Source: a virus (lineage: Duplodnaviria > Caudoviricetes). Taken from it: 41,470 nt of DNA. Shown in pieces: positions 16,455 through 24,440 of this stretch. Each line of letters opens with the position of its first letter. The stretch's first letter is position 1. Location of the stretch: positions 1-41,470 of the IMG/VR virus record IMGVR_UViG_3300049139_000029; one strand, 5' to 3'. The position numbers and the translations under genes were made by a program. The notes beneath the pieces were generated by a model, which was not told the origin of the DNA, searched no databases, and saw only the letters and a program-made list of their open reading frames with translations.

Positions 16455-18011
16455 ATGCCGTTGCCTGGCAATGATCAGAAGTGGCCGCCGGCTGAACTCG
16501 CGCCCATCCTCGACGCCTATAGGGTTTATGACACATGGATGGTCGGTGACCCCTCCGAACTCACGAAGCTCTACGGCGCGGGTGGGAGCATCCGCCCGTC
16601 ACAACTGGCGGGCGGGATCATTGGTGCGGTATCCCGGTTCTTTTGGGGGAAACCTGAGACTGCCGGGGAGAGTGACAAGCGGCACACTCCATTAGCTGCC
16701 GACATTTGCCGGGTGAACAGTGACCTACTGTTCTCTGATCCGATCACGGCGACTGTCGTTGATGAGGATGAGAAAACGCAGGAGCGCCTGGACACGATCC
16801 TCGAGTCCGCGCATACCGTGTTCGTCGGCGCCGCTGAACTCTCCTCCGGTCTTGGTGGGACGTTCCTCCGGGCCACCTGGGACACCACGATCGCGAACCA
16901 CGCGTTCGTGACGAAGGTGGACGCGGACCTCGCATGGCCCACCTTCCGTTGGGGCCGGCTCACCGCTGTTACGTTTTGGCGGGTGCTGGCGGAGGAGAAC
17001 GCCACCGTCTGGCGGCACCTCGAATGCCACGAGCTCGACGGCAACGGTATCGGTGTCATCCGACACGGCCTGTATGAGGGCACGAAGGAACAACTCGGAA
17101 CCCGGCGCCCGTATCAGGACCGCACGGAAACCGCTTGGCTGGCCTCACAGCCTCTCATCGACGGCGACACGATCAGCACCGATACACCCGGTCTCGACGT
17201 CGTATACATCCGTAACCTCGAGCAGTCACTGTTGTGGCGCAAAGACGCATTAGGCGCACACCTTGGCCGTAGCGACCTTGAGGGCCTGCTGGGCGATCTC
17301 AGCGACTACGACGAGGCTTACACCTCGTTGATGCGGGACCTCAAGGACGGCAAGTCACGCCTTATTGTCCCGGAGTCGATGCTAACCAGCAACGGGCCCG
17401 GGCAAGGAGCCGTGTTCCATGACCGGTCACTCTTCACGGGTGTGACTGCTGCCCCTGGTGCCATGAAGGACGCGTCTCTGCCGATTGAGCAGGTCCAGTT
17501 CAAGATCCGCGTTGAGGAACACTTGCGGATCATGGAGGACATCCTGCACCGGGTGATCCGGTCCGCCGGCTACAGTCCGCGTTCGTTTGGTCTTGCTGGC
17601 CCGGATGGTGCTGCGGATAAGACGGCCACTGAGGTGACGTCTGAGGACAACATGTCGCAGCAGACGCGGAAGCGGAAGGTGAGGGCTTGGGAGCCTGAAC
17701 TGGAGCGCTTGCTGGAGAAGTGCCTTGCGATTGATGCGGTCATTTGCAAGGGCGGTGGTAAGCCGGATGCTGGGGTTGATGTTGAGTTCGCGGCTTCGAA
17801 CCATGCTGATCCGCTGATTTTGGCACAGATTGTGCAGACGTTGCGAAACGCTCGTGCTGCCTCTACTGAGACGTTGGTGCGTGTGGCGAACCCTGATGCG
17901 GATGAGACATGGGTCGGGGAGGAAGTGGCCCGCATCCTCAAGGAGGATGCGTTACCACCGGTTGAGGACCCCGAAACGTTCCGACCGCCTGCTGCTGAGC
18001 TCGAGGAGTAG
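16455..18011 (+). CDS. Portal protein
   Basis: 518 aa after terL; LGRSD, QFKIR and TATEV motifs. Confidence 0.88.
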   Translation: MPLPGNDQKWPPAELAPILDAYRVYDTWMVGDPSELTKLYGAGGSIRPSQLAGGIIGAVSRFFWGKPETAGESDKRHTPLAADICRVNSDLLFSDPITATVVDEDEKTQERLDTILESAHTVFVGAAELSSGLGGTFLRATWDTTIANHAFVTKVDADLAWPTFRWGRLTAVTFWRVLAEENATVWRHLECHELDGNGIGVIRHGLYEGTKEQLGTRRPYQDRTETAWLASQPLIDGDTISTDTPGLDVVYIRNLEQSLLWRKDALGAHLGRSDLEGLLGDLSDYDEAYTSLMRDLKDGKSRLIVPESMLTSNGPGQGAVFHDRSLFTGVTAAPGAMKDASLPIEQVQFKIRVEEHLRIMEDILHRVIRSAGYSPRSFGLAGPDGAADKTATEVTSEDNMSQQTRKRKVRAWEPELERLLEKCLAIDAVICKGGGKPDAGVDVEFAASNHADPLILAQIVQTLRNARAASTETLVRVANPDADETWVGEEVARILKEDALPPVEDPETFRPPAAELEE

Positions 18012-18020
18012 GATCACGTC

Positions 18021-19856
18021 ATGGCCCTGATGCCCAACAGTGCGGCCGAACTCGTCAAGGTCATCAGGGACATCTACCAGGACGCCGAAGAGGCGATACT
18101 TCATCGCCTCGCAAGGCAGATCGCCAAGGGGATCACGTCGGAAACGTGGTTGGACCGGAAGTACGCTGACCTGCAAGACCTGAACCGGCAACTCGACACA
18201 CTGCTCTCCGATTTGGAGCGGGGTGTTCCGGGGGCGGTGGAACGGGCCATGCAGATGGCGTACAACCGGGGCACCGCGGCCGCTGTAGCGGACTTGGAAG
18301 CGGTGGGTAGGGGTGCGGGGGCGTTGGCTTCCCCACCGGTGCCACCGTCCATTGGCGGGTTCGTGTCGGCGACGTTGGCGCCGTTGAACTCGACACTGTT
18401 CCGGGTCCGCCGTTGGGTTGCTGATACTTACGATCAGGTGACGCGGGAAACTACGGCGCAAATGCTCACCGGGACGCTCACACGTCGGGAAGCGTCAGCG
18501 CAGGCGTTGAAACGGTACGCCTCTAGGGGTGTTACCGGGTTCACGGACGTGTCAGGCCGGAACTGGGAACTCGCCTCGTACGCGGAGATGGCCGCACGCA
18601 CCCAGGCGGCGCAGGCTTCCTTGCAAGGCCACACGGACAAGCTCGGGGACCTCGGGCAAGACCTCGTCATCGTCTCGGATGCTCCCGAAGAATGCCAGTT
18701 GTGCCGTCCGTGGGAGGGGAAAGTCCTCTCCATCAGCGGTAGGACTCGCGGGGGCCTCAGCGACGGTGTGCGGGTCGCTGGGACGGTCGCGGAAGCCACG
18801 TTGGCCGGCCTGTACCACCCGAACGCGATTCTCGGCGATCACCAGTTCGCAGCAGTCGGGAACATCGAGAACGCCGTCCGCGCCTGGTACGAGGGGCCAT
18901 CAATCGAGCTGGAAACTGCGGGGGGTGTACGGTTCACCGTCAGCCCTAATCACCCTGTGTTGACCTCTCGTGGGTGGGTTCCTGCCGAAGGACTCCGCCA
19001 AGGCGATCAGGTTTTTCGCGCCGGCAAGATTCGGGGGAGCCTTGATGGTCCCGTAGTTCGCAATGAACTCGATGACGTGGAATCCGGAGTTGCGAATAAG
19101 TTCGATGCGCTCCGGTCGCTTTACCCGAGTACGAGGGTTGCTAGCTCCGGTGACGACCTCCACGGCGACGGGAAGTTCTGTCAGGGTGAAATCGATGTTG
19201 TAGTGACCGACGACGGTCTGTTGCCGGTATCCAACACCGAGGGAATCCAACAGTGCGGCCACGATGTCCTCAGTAGGGCCGGCGTGAAGGGTGAGGGACT
19301 CGCGGGTAACGGCTCGCTTGACCTTGACCTCCTCACTATCCGGGCCTCTGTAACTGGGGCCTTGGCGGATCGTCACACCATGGGCCTTGAGCCTGCGGCG
19401 GAGGGTCGTGTCGCTGACTCCGAAAGCACGAGCGAGGTCTTGGCAGGACTGTCCTGCGAGGTAGAGACTGATGAGCTTGTCCGTGTTGACCGTAAGTGGT
19501 TTAGGGGTCATGCCTACGACTTTCAGACTAGTTTCGGTGGATACCTTCTAAACTCCATCTTAGTACATAACTGTCGGCACTCACAAGGGCTGTACATTGT
19601 GGGAGTCACGAAACCATTCGGGCGTACTGAGGACCCGGAAGGTGACGCGCTCCGCCAACGGCAGCGAGCCTACGAGCGGCGCGTGAGGGAGTGGAAGCGT
19701 CGTGTGATCGTGGACGAAGAGATCCACGGCAAGGACTCCGAACCCGCCCGGGCTACGCGCCGGAAGCTACGCCAAGCACAAGCCGAGTTCAAGCAGTGGC
19801 GGGACGATCATGATCGTAAGAACCTCGCGTACCGGACGTCACTGACCGCACGCTAA
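18021..19856 (+). CDS. Phage minor capsid protein (capsid maturation/MuF-like) interrupted by an intein
   Basis: GRNWELASYAEM, C..CRPWEGK and the conserved HPN|CRH motif, which is split by a 249-aa insertion; 362 aa after splicing. Confidence 0.88.
   Translation: MALMPNSAAELVKVIRDIYQDAEEAILHRLARQIAKGITSETWLDRKYADLQDLNRQLDTLLSDLERGVPGAVERAMQMAYNRGTAAAVADLEAVGRGAGALASPPVPPSIGGFVSATLAPLNSTLFRVRRWVADTYDQVTRETTAQMLTGTLTRREASAQALKRYASRGVTGFTDVSGRNWELASYAEMAARTQAAQASLQGHTDKLGDLGQDLVIVSDAPEECQLCRPWEGKVLSISGRTRGGLSDGVRVAGTVAEATLAGLYHPNAILGDHQFAAVGNIENAVRAWYEGPSIELETAGGVRFTVSPNHPVLTSRGWVPAEGLRQGDQVFRAGKIRGSLDGPVVRNELDDVESGVANKFDALRSLYPSTRVASSGDDLHGDGKFCQGEIDVVVTDDGLLPVSNTEGIQQCGHDVLSRAGVKGEGLAGNGSLDLDLLTIRASVTGALADRHTMGLEPAAEGRVADSESTSEVLAGLSCEVETDELVRVDRKWFRGHAYDFQTSFGGYLLNSILVHNCRHSQGLYIVGVTKPFGRTEDPEGDALRQRQRAYERRVREWKRRVIVDEEIHGKDSEPARATRRKLRQAQAEFKQWRDDHDRKNLAYRTSLTAR
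18825..19571 (+). mobile_element. Intein (HINT), residues 269-517, Ala1...His-Asn, Cys+1
   Basis: Block B VSPNHPVLTSRGW and AEGLRQGD; block F AYDFQT; block G ILVHN|C. Removing it restores HPNCRH. Confidence 0.9.
18900..19511 (-). CDS. Antisense HTH + Vsr/DUF559-like endonuclease nested inside the intein
   Basis: HTH LYLAGQSCQDLARAFGVSDTTLRRRLKAHGV; nuclease-like PTEDIV...Q..VGHYNIDF...VAVEV...IRNSGFHVIEF; mostly G/C-ending codons on this strand. Confidence 0.75.
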   Translation of the reverse strand: MTPKPLTVNTDKLISLYLAGQSCQDLARAFGVSDTTLRRRLKAHGVTIRQGPSYRGPDSEEVKVKRAVTRESLTLHAGPTEDIVAALLDSLGVGYRQQTVVGHYNIDFTLTELPVAVEVVTGASNPRTRVKRPERIELIRNSGFHVIEFIANYGTIKAPPNLAGAKNLIALAESFGRNPPTRGQHRVIRADGEPYTPRSFQLD

Positions 19857-19870
19857 ACACGTACCCAACC

Positions 19871-19906
19871 AATGCACCCACCAAACAGGCCGGGTGCATT
19901 TTTTAT
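19871..19906 (+). terminator. Hairpin with U-tract before the scaffold gene
   Basis: AATGCACCC-12 nt-GGGTGCATT followed by TTTTAT. Confidence 0.6.
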
Positions 19907-19921
19907 GCCTTGGAGGCCGTC

Positions 19922-20638
19922 ATGCACAAGCACCGCACCATTCACGGGATCGACCCCTACGCACCCGGAGGCATTGAAGCCCTCCTCGAACACCACCGGG
20001 CCACGTTCGGTAACGCCACCATGATGGCGGACGGCGACCCTGCCCCGGCCGATCCTCCCGCGCCTCCCGCTGGCGACCCCGCGCCTCCCGCTGATCCGAA
20101 ACCAGCCGAACCTCCGGCGGACAATCCGTGGACGGACCCGGACAAGGCGAAGGCTGAGATTGAGCGTCTCCGCGCCGAGAACGGCAAGGACCGCACCACC
20201 GCCAAGACGAAGGCCGCTGAGGAAGCACGCAACGAGCTCGTGAAGGAACTCGGTAAGACCCTCGGGTTCGTCAAGGACGGCGACACCAAACCGGACCCCG
20301 CCGAACTTACCAAGCAGATCGGCGCACTCTCCTCGGAAGCCACGCAGGCCAAGACCGAACTCGCCGTGTACAAAGCGGCATCGAAGGCCGGCGCTGACGC
20401 CGAGGCCCTCCTAGACTCCCGCGGCTTCCTGGCGAAGCTCACGGACATCGACCCGACAGACTCGAAAGCCATCACCAAGGCGATCGACGACGCGGTCAAA
20501 GACAACCCCAAACTCAAGCTAGTCCGGGCGGCTGGCACGAGCGGCGCAGACTTCACCGGCGGGACCGGAGAGCAGCGCCAAACCAACGTCGCGCCGGGAC
20601 GCCCCCGGCTCGCGGCAGCATTCAACACCAACTCCTAG
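19922..20638 (+). CDS. Capsid scaffolding protein
   Basis: Pro-rich N-region, LRAEN..R, ALLDSRGF, SGADF; lies directly before the capsid gene. Confidence 0.85.
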   Translation: MHKHRTIHGIDPYAPGGIEALLEHHRATFGNATMMADGDPAPADPPAPPAGDPAPPADPKPAEPPADNPWTDPDKAKAEIERLRAENGKDRTTAKTKAAEEARNELVKELGKTLGFVKDGDTKPDPAELTKQIGALSSEATQAKTELAVYKAASKAGADAEALLDSRGFLAKLTDIDPTDSKAITKAIDDAVKDNPKLKLVRAAGTSGADFTGGTGEQRQTNVAPGRPRLAAAFNTNS

Positions 20639-20653
20639 TAAAGGAACCCCGAA

Positions 20654-21607
20654 ATGGCTGTAACACTTGCACAGGCCGCCCCGCTCATCCCCCAGGACCT
20701 CCAGCGCGGCGTCGTCGAACTCTTCGTCCAGAACTCCCCAGTCCTCGACCGTCTCCCCATCAAGGGCATCGGCGGCAACTCCTACTCGTACAACACTGAG
20801 GGCACCCTCCCCGGTGTGGCTTTCCGTGGCGTCAACGAGGCGTACACCGAGTCCACGGGTACGTTCAACCAGAAGTCTGAGGGTCTTGTGATTCTCGGTG
20901 GCGACGCCGACGTGGACAAGTTCATCGTCGCTACCGGTTCGCAGCTCAACGACCAGAAGGCCCTCCAGACGGCCGCGAAGGTCAAGGCCGTGTCGTACAA
21001 GTTCCAGGACACGTTCATCAACGGTGACGTGGCCGTTGACCCGAAGGGCTTCGACGGTTTGAAGAAGCGCCTCACGGGTGCGCAGGTCATCGACGCCGCC
21101 ACGAACGGCATGGGACCTGTCACCGCGGGCCACGACTTCTTTGACGCACTGGACGCCCTTGTGGCCGCTGTCCCGGGCCTGAACGGCGCGAACGGTGCCC
21201 TGTACACGAACGCCGCGATCATCGGTCGGATCATGTCCTCAGCCCGCCGTCTCGGTGGGGCTGATTGGATCACTGAGGCGATGACCGGGAAGCGTGTCCC
21301 CACGTACAACGGCATCCCCCTGCTGGACATCGGGCAGACCGCCGCCGGCGCGGACATCATCACCCGCACGGAGGTTCAGGGCACCGCCACGAACGCTTCG
21401 AGCATCTACGCCGTGAAGTTCGGCGAGGACGAGGGAGACCAGTCGGTGACCGGTCTGGCGTCGAATGGTCTGCTCCTGCCGAACGCGTACGACCTGGGCG
21501 AGCTTGAGACGAAGCCCGCTTACCGGATCCGCATTGACTGGTACTGCGGTCTGGCTCTGTTCGGTGGTCGTGCTGCTGCGCGTCTGCGTGGCGTCCTCGC
21601 CTCCTAG
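20654..21607 (+). CDS. Major capsid protein
   Basis: 317 aa with strongly biased codons; FRGVNE, LGGDADVD, FINGD, FDGL. Confidence 0.9.
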   Translation: MAVTLAQAAPLIPQDLQRGVVELFVQNSPVLDRLPIKGIGGNSYSYNTEGTLPGVAFRGVNEAYTESTGTFNQKSEGLVILGGDADVDKFIVATGSQLNDQKALQTAAKVKAVSYKFQDTFINGDVAVDPKGFDGLKKRLTGAQVIDAATNGMGPVTAGHDFFDALDALVAAVPGLNGANGALYTNAAIIGRIMSSARRLGGADWITEAMTGKRVPTYNGIPLLDIGQTAAGADIITRTEVQGTATNASSIYAVKFGEDEGDQSVTGLASNGLLLPNAYDLGELETKPAYRIRIDWYCGLALFGGRAAARLRGVLAS

Positions 21608-21613
21608 TTGACC

Positions 21614-21644
21614 GGGCGGCACCTGCCTAGCGCGGGTGCCGCCC
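21614..21644 (+). terminator. GC-rich hairpin after the capsid gene
   Basis: GGGCGGCACCTGC-ctagc-GCGGGTGCCGCCC; no strong U-tract. Confidence 0.5.
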
Positions 21645-21679
21645 TCTCACCAACCCAAAACCTTAGTTAGGAGCCTGTC

Positions 21680-21988
21680 ATGGCAACTCGTAAGACCACC
21701 GAAGAAAAGACCACCCTCGACAGTGACGTCACGAAGCCCTCTGTTACCGCACCCGGTGATGGTCCGGCCGACACGACTGACCCGAACGAGCGGGCCACTT
21801 CGGTGACCCCGAACCCGGGTGAGGAAGCGCTCCTTGTGGGCACCGTGAACGCGGTCAAGCCCCTCCCCGAAGTTGAGGCCGAAGAGGACACCTCGGAGCC
21901 CCGCATTGAGAAGTACGAGGCGGTCAAGCCGAACGGTGAGAAGGTCACCGTCACTCACAACATCGACACGGGGGAGACCACCATATGA
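21680..21988 (+). CDS. Hypothetical virion-associated protein
   Basis: AGGAG RBS; synteny after the capsid gene. Confidence 0.7.
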   Translation: MATRKTTEEKTTLDSDVTKPSVTAPGDGPADTTDPNERATSVTPNPGEEALLVGTVNAVKPLPEVEAEEDTSEPRIEKYEAVKPNGEKVTVTHNIDTGETTI

Positions 21989-22305
21989 GCCGGATCATTG
22001 CACCGTTCGGGATCACCGCGCAGGTGAAAGTCGCCGGCCTATCCCTCGACTTCAAGGCAGGTGTCGCGGAGGCTGACGTGTCCGCACAGGACGCTCGACG
22101 TCTCCGTGCGCAGGGCTTCACCGTGGACACCGCCGAACCCGCTTCGGCACCGGCTACGACGTTCCTCGCCCCTGGCGAGGACGACCGGCCAGCCCGGAAC
22201 GCGTCCAAGTCCGACTGGGTCGAGTACGCCGTGTTGCGGGGTCATCAGGAAGGTTCCCTTGAGGAGCTTTCCCGGGATCAGATCCGCGACCTGTTCGCCG
22301 AATAA
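21985..22305 (+). CDS. Hypothetical head protein with small C-terminal helical domain
   Basis: RPARNASKSDWVEYA...LSRDQI; ATGA overlap. Confidence 0.7.
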   Translation: MSRIIAPFGITAQVKVAGLSLDFKAGVAEADVSAQDARRLRAQGFTVDTAEPASAPATTFLAPGEDDRPARNASKSDWVEYAVLRGHQEGSLEELSRDQIRDLFAE

Positions 22306-22321
22306 GTAGGAGGGTTCCGCC

Positions 22322-22750
22322 GTGTTGGAATACGCCACGCAGACCGATATCTGGTCTGAGAACGCGCCGGCTGATGCGGCGGAACTCACCCTCCACGCGA
22401 ACGCCTTGGTGGGGCATAAGACCCGCCTAGCGGTCTACCACGTGGACGCTGACGGTTACCCGGCATCCACGGTGATCCGTGCGGTGTTCAAGGACGCCGT
22501 GATCGCGCAGGCCCGGTTTTGGGCGGCGAACGGGTTACGCCCGGGGGACGGGGAACTCAACCTCCTCTCGCAGCGGAGTGTCGCGTCGAAGAAGATCGGT
22601 TCCGCGTCGATCGACTACGAGGAAGCGTCCATCACTGAGAAGCTCGCGGATCGTGACGCGAAGGTCCGGGCACTCACCGAACTGTGCACGACGGCCTACT
22701 ACATCCTCGATCAGGTGGGCCTCCTGAACGGGCAGCCGTACCGTGGGTGA
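22322..22750 (+). CDS. Head-to-tail adaptor
   Basis: YAT...A..LV...AVIAQ...KIGSASIDY...L..VGLL. Confidence 0.75.
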   Translation: MLEYATQTDIWSENAPADAAELTLHANALVGHKTRLAVYHVDADGYPASTVIRAVFKDAVIAQARFWAANGLRPGDGELNLLSQRSVASKKIGSASIDYEEASITEKLADRDAKVRALTELCTTAYYILDQVGLLNGQPYRG

Positions 22751-23063
22751 GCTCAGCATGTTCATGGTGCACCTCGCCGTAGTGGAAACCCTCTCCGGCG
22801 GCGGACCTATGGGCGACACCTACAGCGACCCCACACCGGTCCCGTGTTTCGTGGACGAGAAACGCCGCTACGTGCGCGACGCCACCGGCAGCGAAACCGT
22901 GTCCGAGACGACACTGTGGGTTGAGGACAAGAGCTTCTACAGCGTGTTCACACCGGGTTCGGTGGTCACCCACCGGGACAAGATATCGACGGTGATCGGG
23001 CGGTCCATGCTTGACTCCGGAGCGCTTGAACTGCCGGACCACCTGGAGATCAGTCTGGCCTGA
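22743..23063 (+). CDS. Head-to-tail stopper/closure protein
   Basis: RYVRDATGSETVS...LPDHLEI; synteny. Confidence 0.7.
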   Translation: MGELSMFMVHLAVVETLSGGGPMGDTYSDPTPVPCFVDEKRRYVRDATGSETVSETTLWVEDKSFYSVFTPGSVVTHRDKISTVIGRSMLDSGALELPDHLEISLA

Positions 23064-23196
23064 TCCGCTCAGATCGTTCAGCGATCGTTGGGAACCTTTG
23101 CCGGCACTGCTCACACGAAGAGATGTGATTTATAGCCTCATCGGTGGCTACATCATCGGGTGTCGGGTGTTGCACCCCATCAGTGTCGGTAATCAT
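23050..23196 (-). CDS. Small HxxxCxxC protein (48 aa, not in ORF track)
   Basis: MITDTDGVQHPTPDDVATDEAINHISSCEQCRQRFPTIAERSERIRPD; ATGA-coupled to the RHH gene. Confidence 0.5.
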   Translation of the reverse strand: MITDTDGVQHPTPDDVATDEAINHISSCEQCRQRFPTIAERSERIRPD

Positions 23197-23330
23197 TTCG
23201 CGATCCATTCGGTGAGTAGCTGGCGGATTACTTCGGAGAGGTTCTGTTCGTCCGCCTCAGCCTTTGCCTTTGCATCCTCCCACAGTCCATCCTCGATGCG
23301 GACTGTGCGGCGCGTAGTTCCCTTGCTCAT
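23193..23330 (-). CDS. Ribbon-helix-helix DNA-binding protein (45 aa)
   Basis: MSKGTTRRTVRIEDGLWEDAKAKAEADEQNLSEVIRQLLTEWIAK. Confidence 0.85.
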   Translation of the reverse strand: MSKGTTRRTVRIEDGLWEDAKAKAEADEQNLSEVIRQLLTEWIAK

Positions 23331-23575
23331 GCGGCGACCTTGGCGGGCATCTTGCGGATGGTGCCCCACACTTCGTAGTCGGCGGGGTTCTCGCTGCGGT
23401 GCTGCCAACCTGCGATCTGGCCGTCGTACTTGGCGTTGAACTCCTTGGCGTGGCGGACCATGGCCTTGATTGCTTCGGCGGGGGCGGATGCCTTGTCTGC
23501 GGCCTGAACTCGAACCGAGCCGAGTCCGTGGTTGTTCTCTCCTGCGACCTTCACGTTGAGCTTGTAGGTGTTCAT
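23327..23575 (-). CDS. Hypothetical protein, first gene of the inverted cassette
   Basis: GAAAGG RBS, its own promoter, ATGA-coupled to the RHH gene. Confidence 0.75.
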   Translation of the reverse strand: MNTYKLNVKVAGENNHGLGSVRVQAADKASAPAEAIKAMVRHAKEFNAKYDGQIAGWQHRSENPADYEVWGTIRKMPAKVAA

Positions 23576-23614
23576 TGTCTTGCCTTTCGGTTGGTGTTCC
23601 TTGCTGATACCTCA

Positions 23615-23644
23615 ACTTTAGCGGGTGTCATGACACCGTGTCAA
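23615..23644 (-). promoter_or_regulatory. Promoter with palindromic operator
   Basis: TTGACA, 18 bp, TAAAGT on the minus strand; perfect palindrome GGTGTCATGACACC (23624-23637) in the spacer. Confidence 0.8.
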
Positions 23645-23665
23645 CCCTAAACCTCGGAGGTGTTT

Positions 23666-24004
23666 ATGGCTGACAGTTTCGAGGTCAGGGGCGGCGACAA
23701 CATCCCCCTCCGCTTCGAGGAAGGCACCACACGGGGCCTCATCCTCGCCGCCGAATACCTGCTGGAAACAGCGAACCGGACAGCACCCATCGAAGAGGGG
23801 ACGCTCATCCGTTCCGGGCGGACATCCCTGGACGGCAACAGCGCCGCCGTGTCGTATGACACCCCGTACGCGAAACGGCAGCACGAGACGCTCCACTACC
23901 GGCACGACCCCGGCCGCCGCGCCAAATGGCTCGAAGCGACCATGAACGAAGAAGCCCGGGCCATCGGGGAAATCATCGCGAAGGAGATACGGGGTGAGCT
24001 TTGA
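23666..24004 (+). CDS. HK97 gp10-like neck/tail component
   Basis: APIEEGTLIRSG, YDTPYAKRQHE, AKWLE. Confidence 0.8.
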   Translation: MADSFEVRGGDNIPLRFEEGTTRGLILAAEYLLETANRTAPIEEGTLIRSGRTSLDGNSAAVSYDTPYAKRQHETLHYRHDPGRRAKWLEATMNEEARAIGEIIAKEIRGEL

Positions 24005-24431
24005 AACCGACCTCCTCACCGCCATCGGCGAATACCTCGAAGCCCAAGGTGTAGGGCTCTACGATCTCACCGGCGCCGGGTACACGACTGCCGTGAACCC
24101 CCTCTACTGGGACACCCTCCCATCCACACCGGACCGGGGCACAGCAATGACCCTGTACCCGCTCGGACCACCGAACGGGACGCTCCACGAGATCGGGTTG
24201 CAACTCCGGATCCGTGGCCGCCCCAACAACAGGGTGGACACCAAAACTGCCGCGGACAACGCGGATGACGCCCTCGACGGACTCGAACGGGTCCAGTGGG
24301 CGGGCGTGGAAATCGTCCACGTTCGGCGGCAGTCGGGAACGAGTCTTGGCCCGGACAGTAACAACCGCATCGAAGTCACACGCAACTACTACATCCAATA
24401 CACAAGGGCGACAGCCCACCGAACTGACTAG
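23994..24431 (+). CDS. Tail terminator
   Basis: P.TPDR, LQLRIRG, LGPDSNNR...NY; lies before the major tail gene. Confidence 0.75.
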   Translation: MSFETDLLTAIGEYLEAQGVGLYDLTGAGYTTAVNPLYWDTLPSTPDRGTAMTLYPLGPPNGTLHEIGLQLRIRGRPNNRVDTKTAADNADDALDGLERVQWAGVEIVHVRRQSGTSLGPDSNNRIEVTRNYYIQYTRATAHRTD

Positions 24432-24440
24432 GAGTCAGAC

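Noticed and set aside
18825-19571. Class 3 intein, or an in-frame LAGLIDADG/HNH endonuclease
   Set aside because: There is no Trp at B12 or Cys at F4, and no such nuclease motifs in the sense frame.
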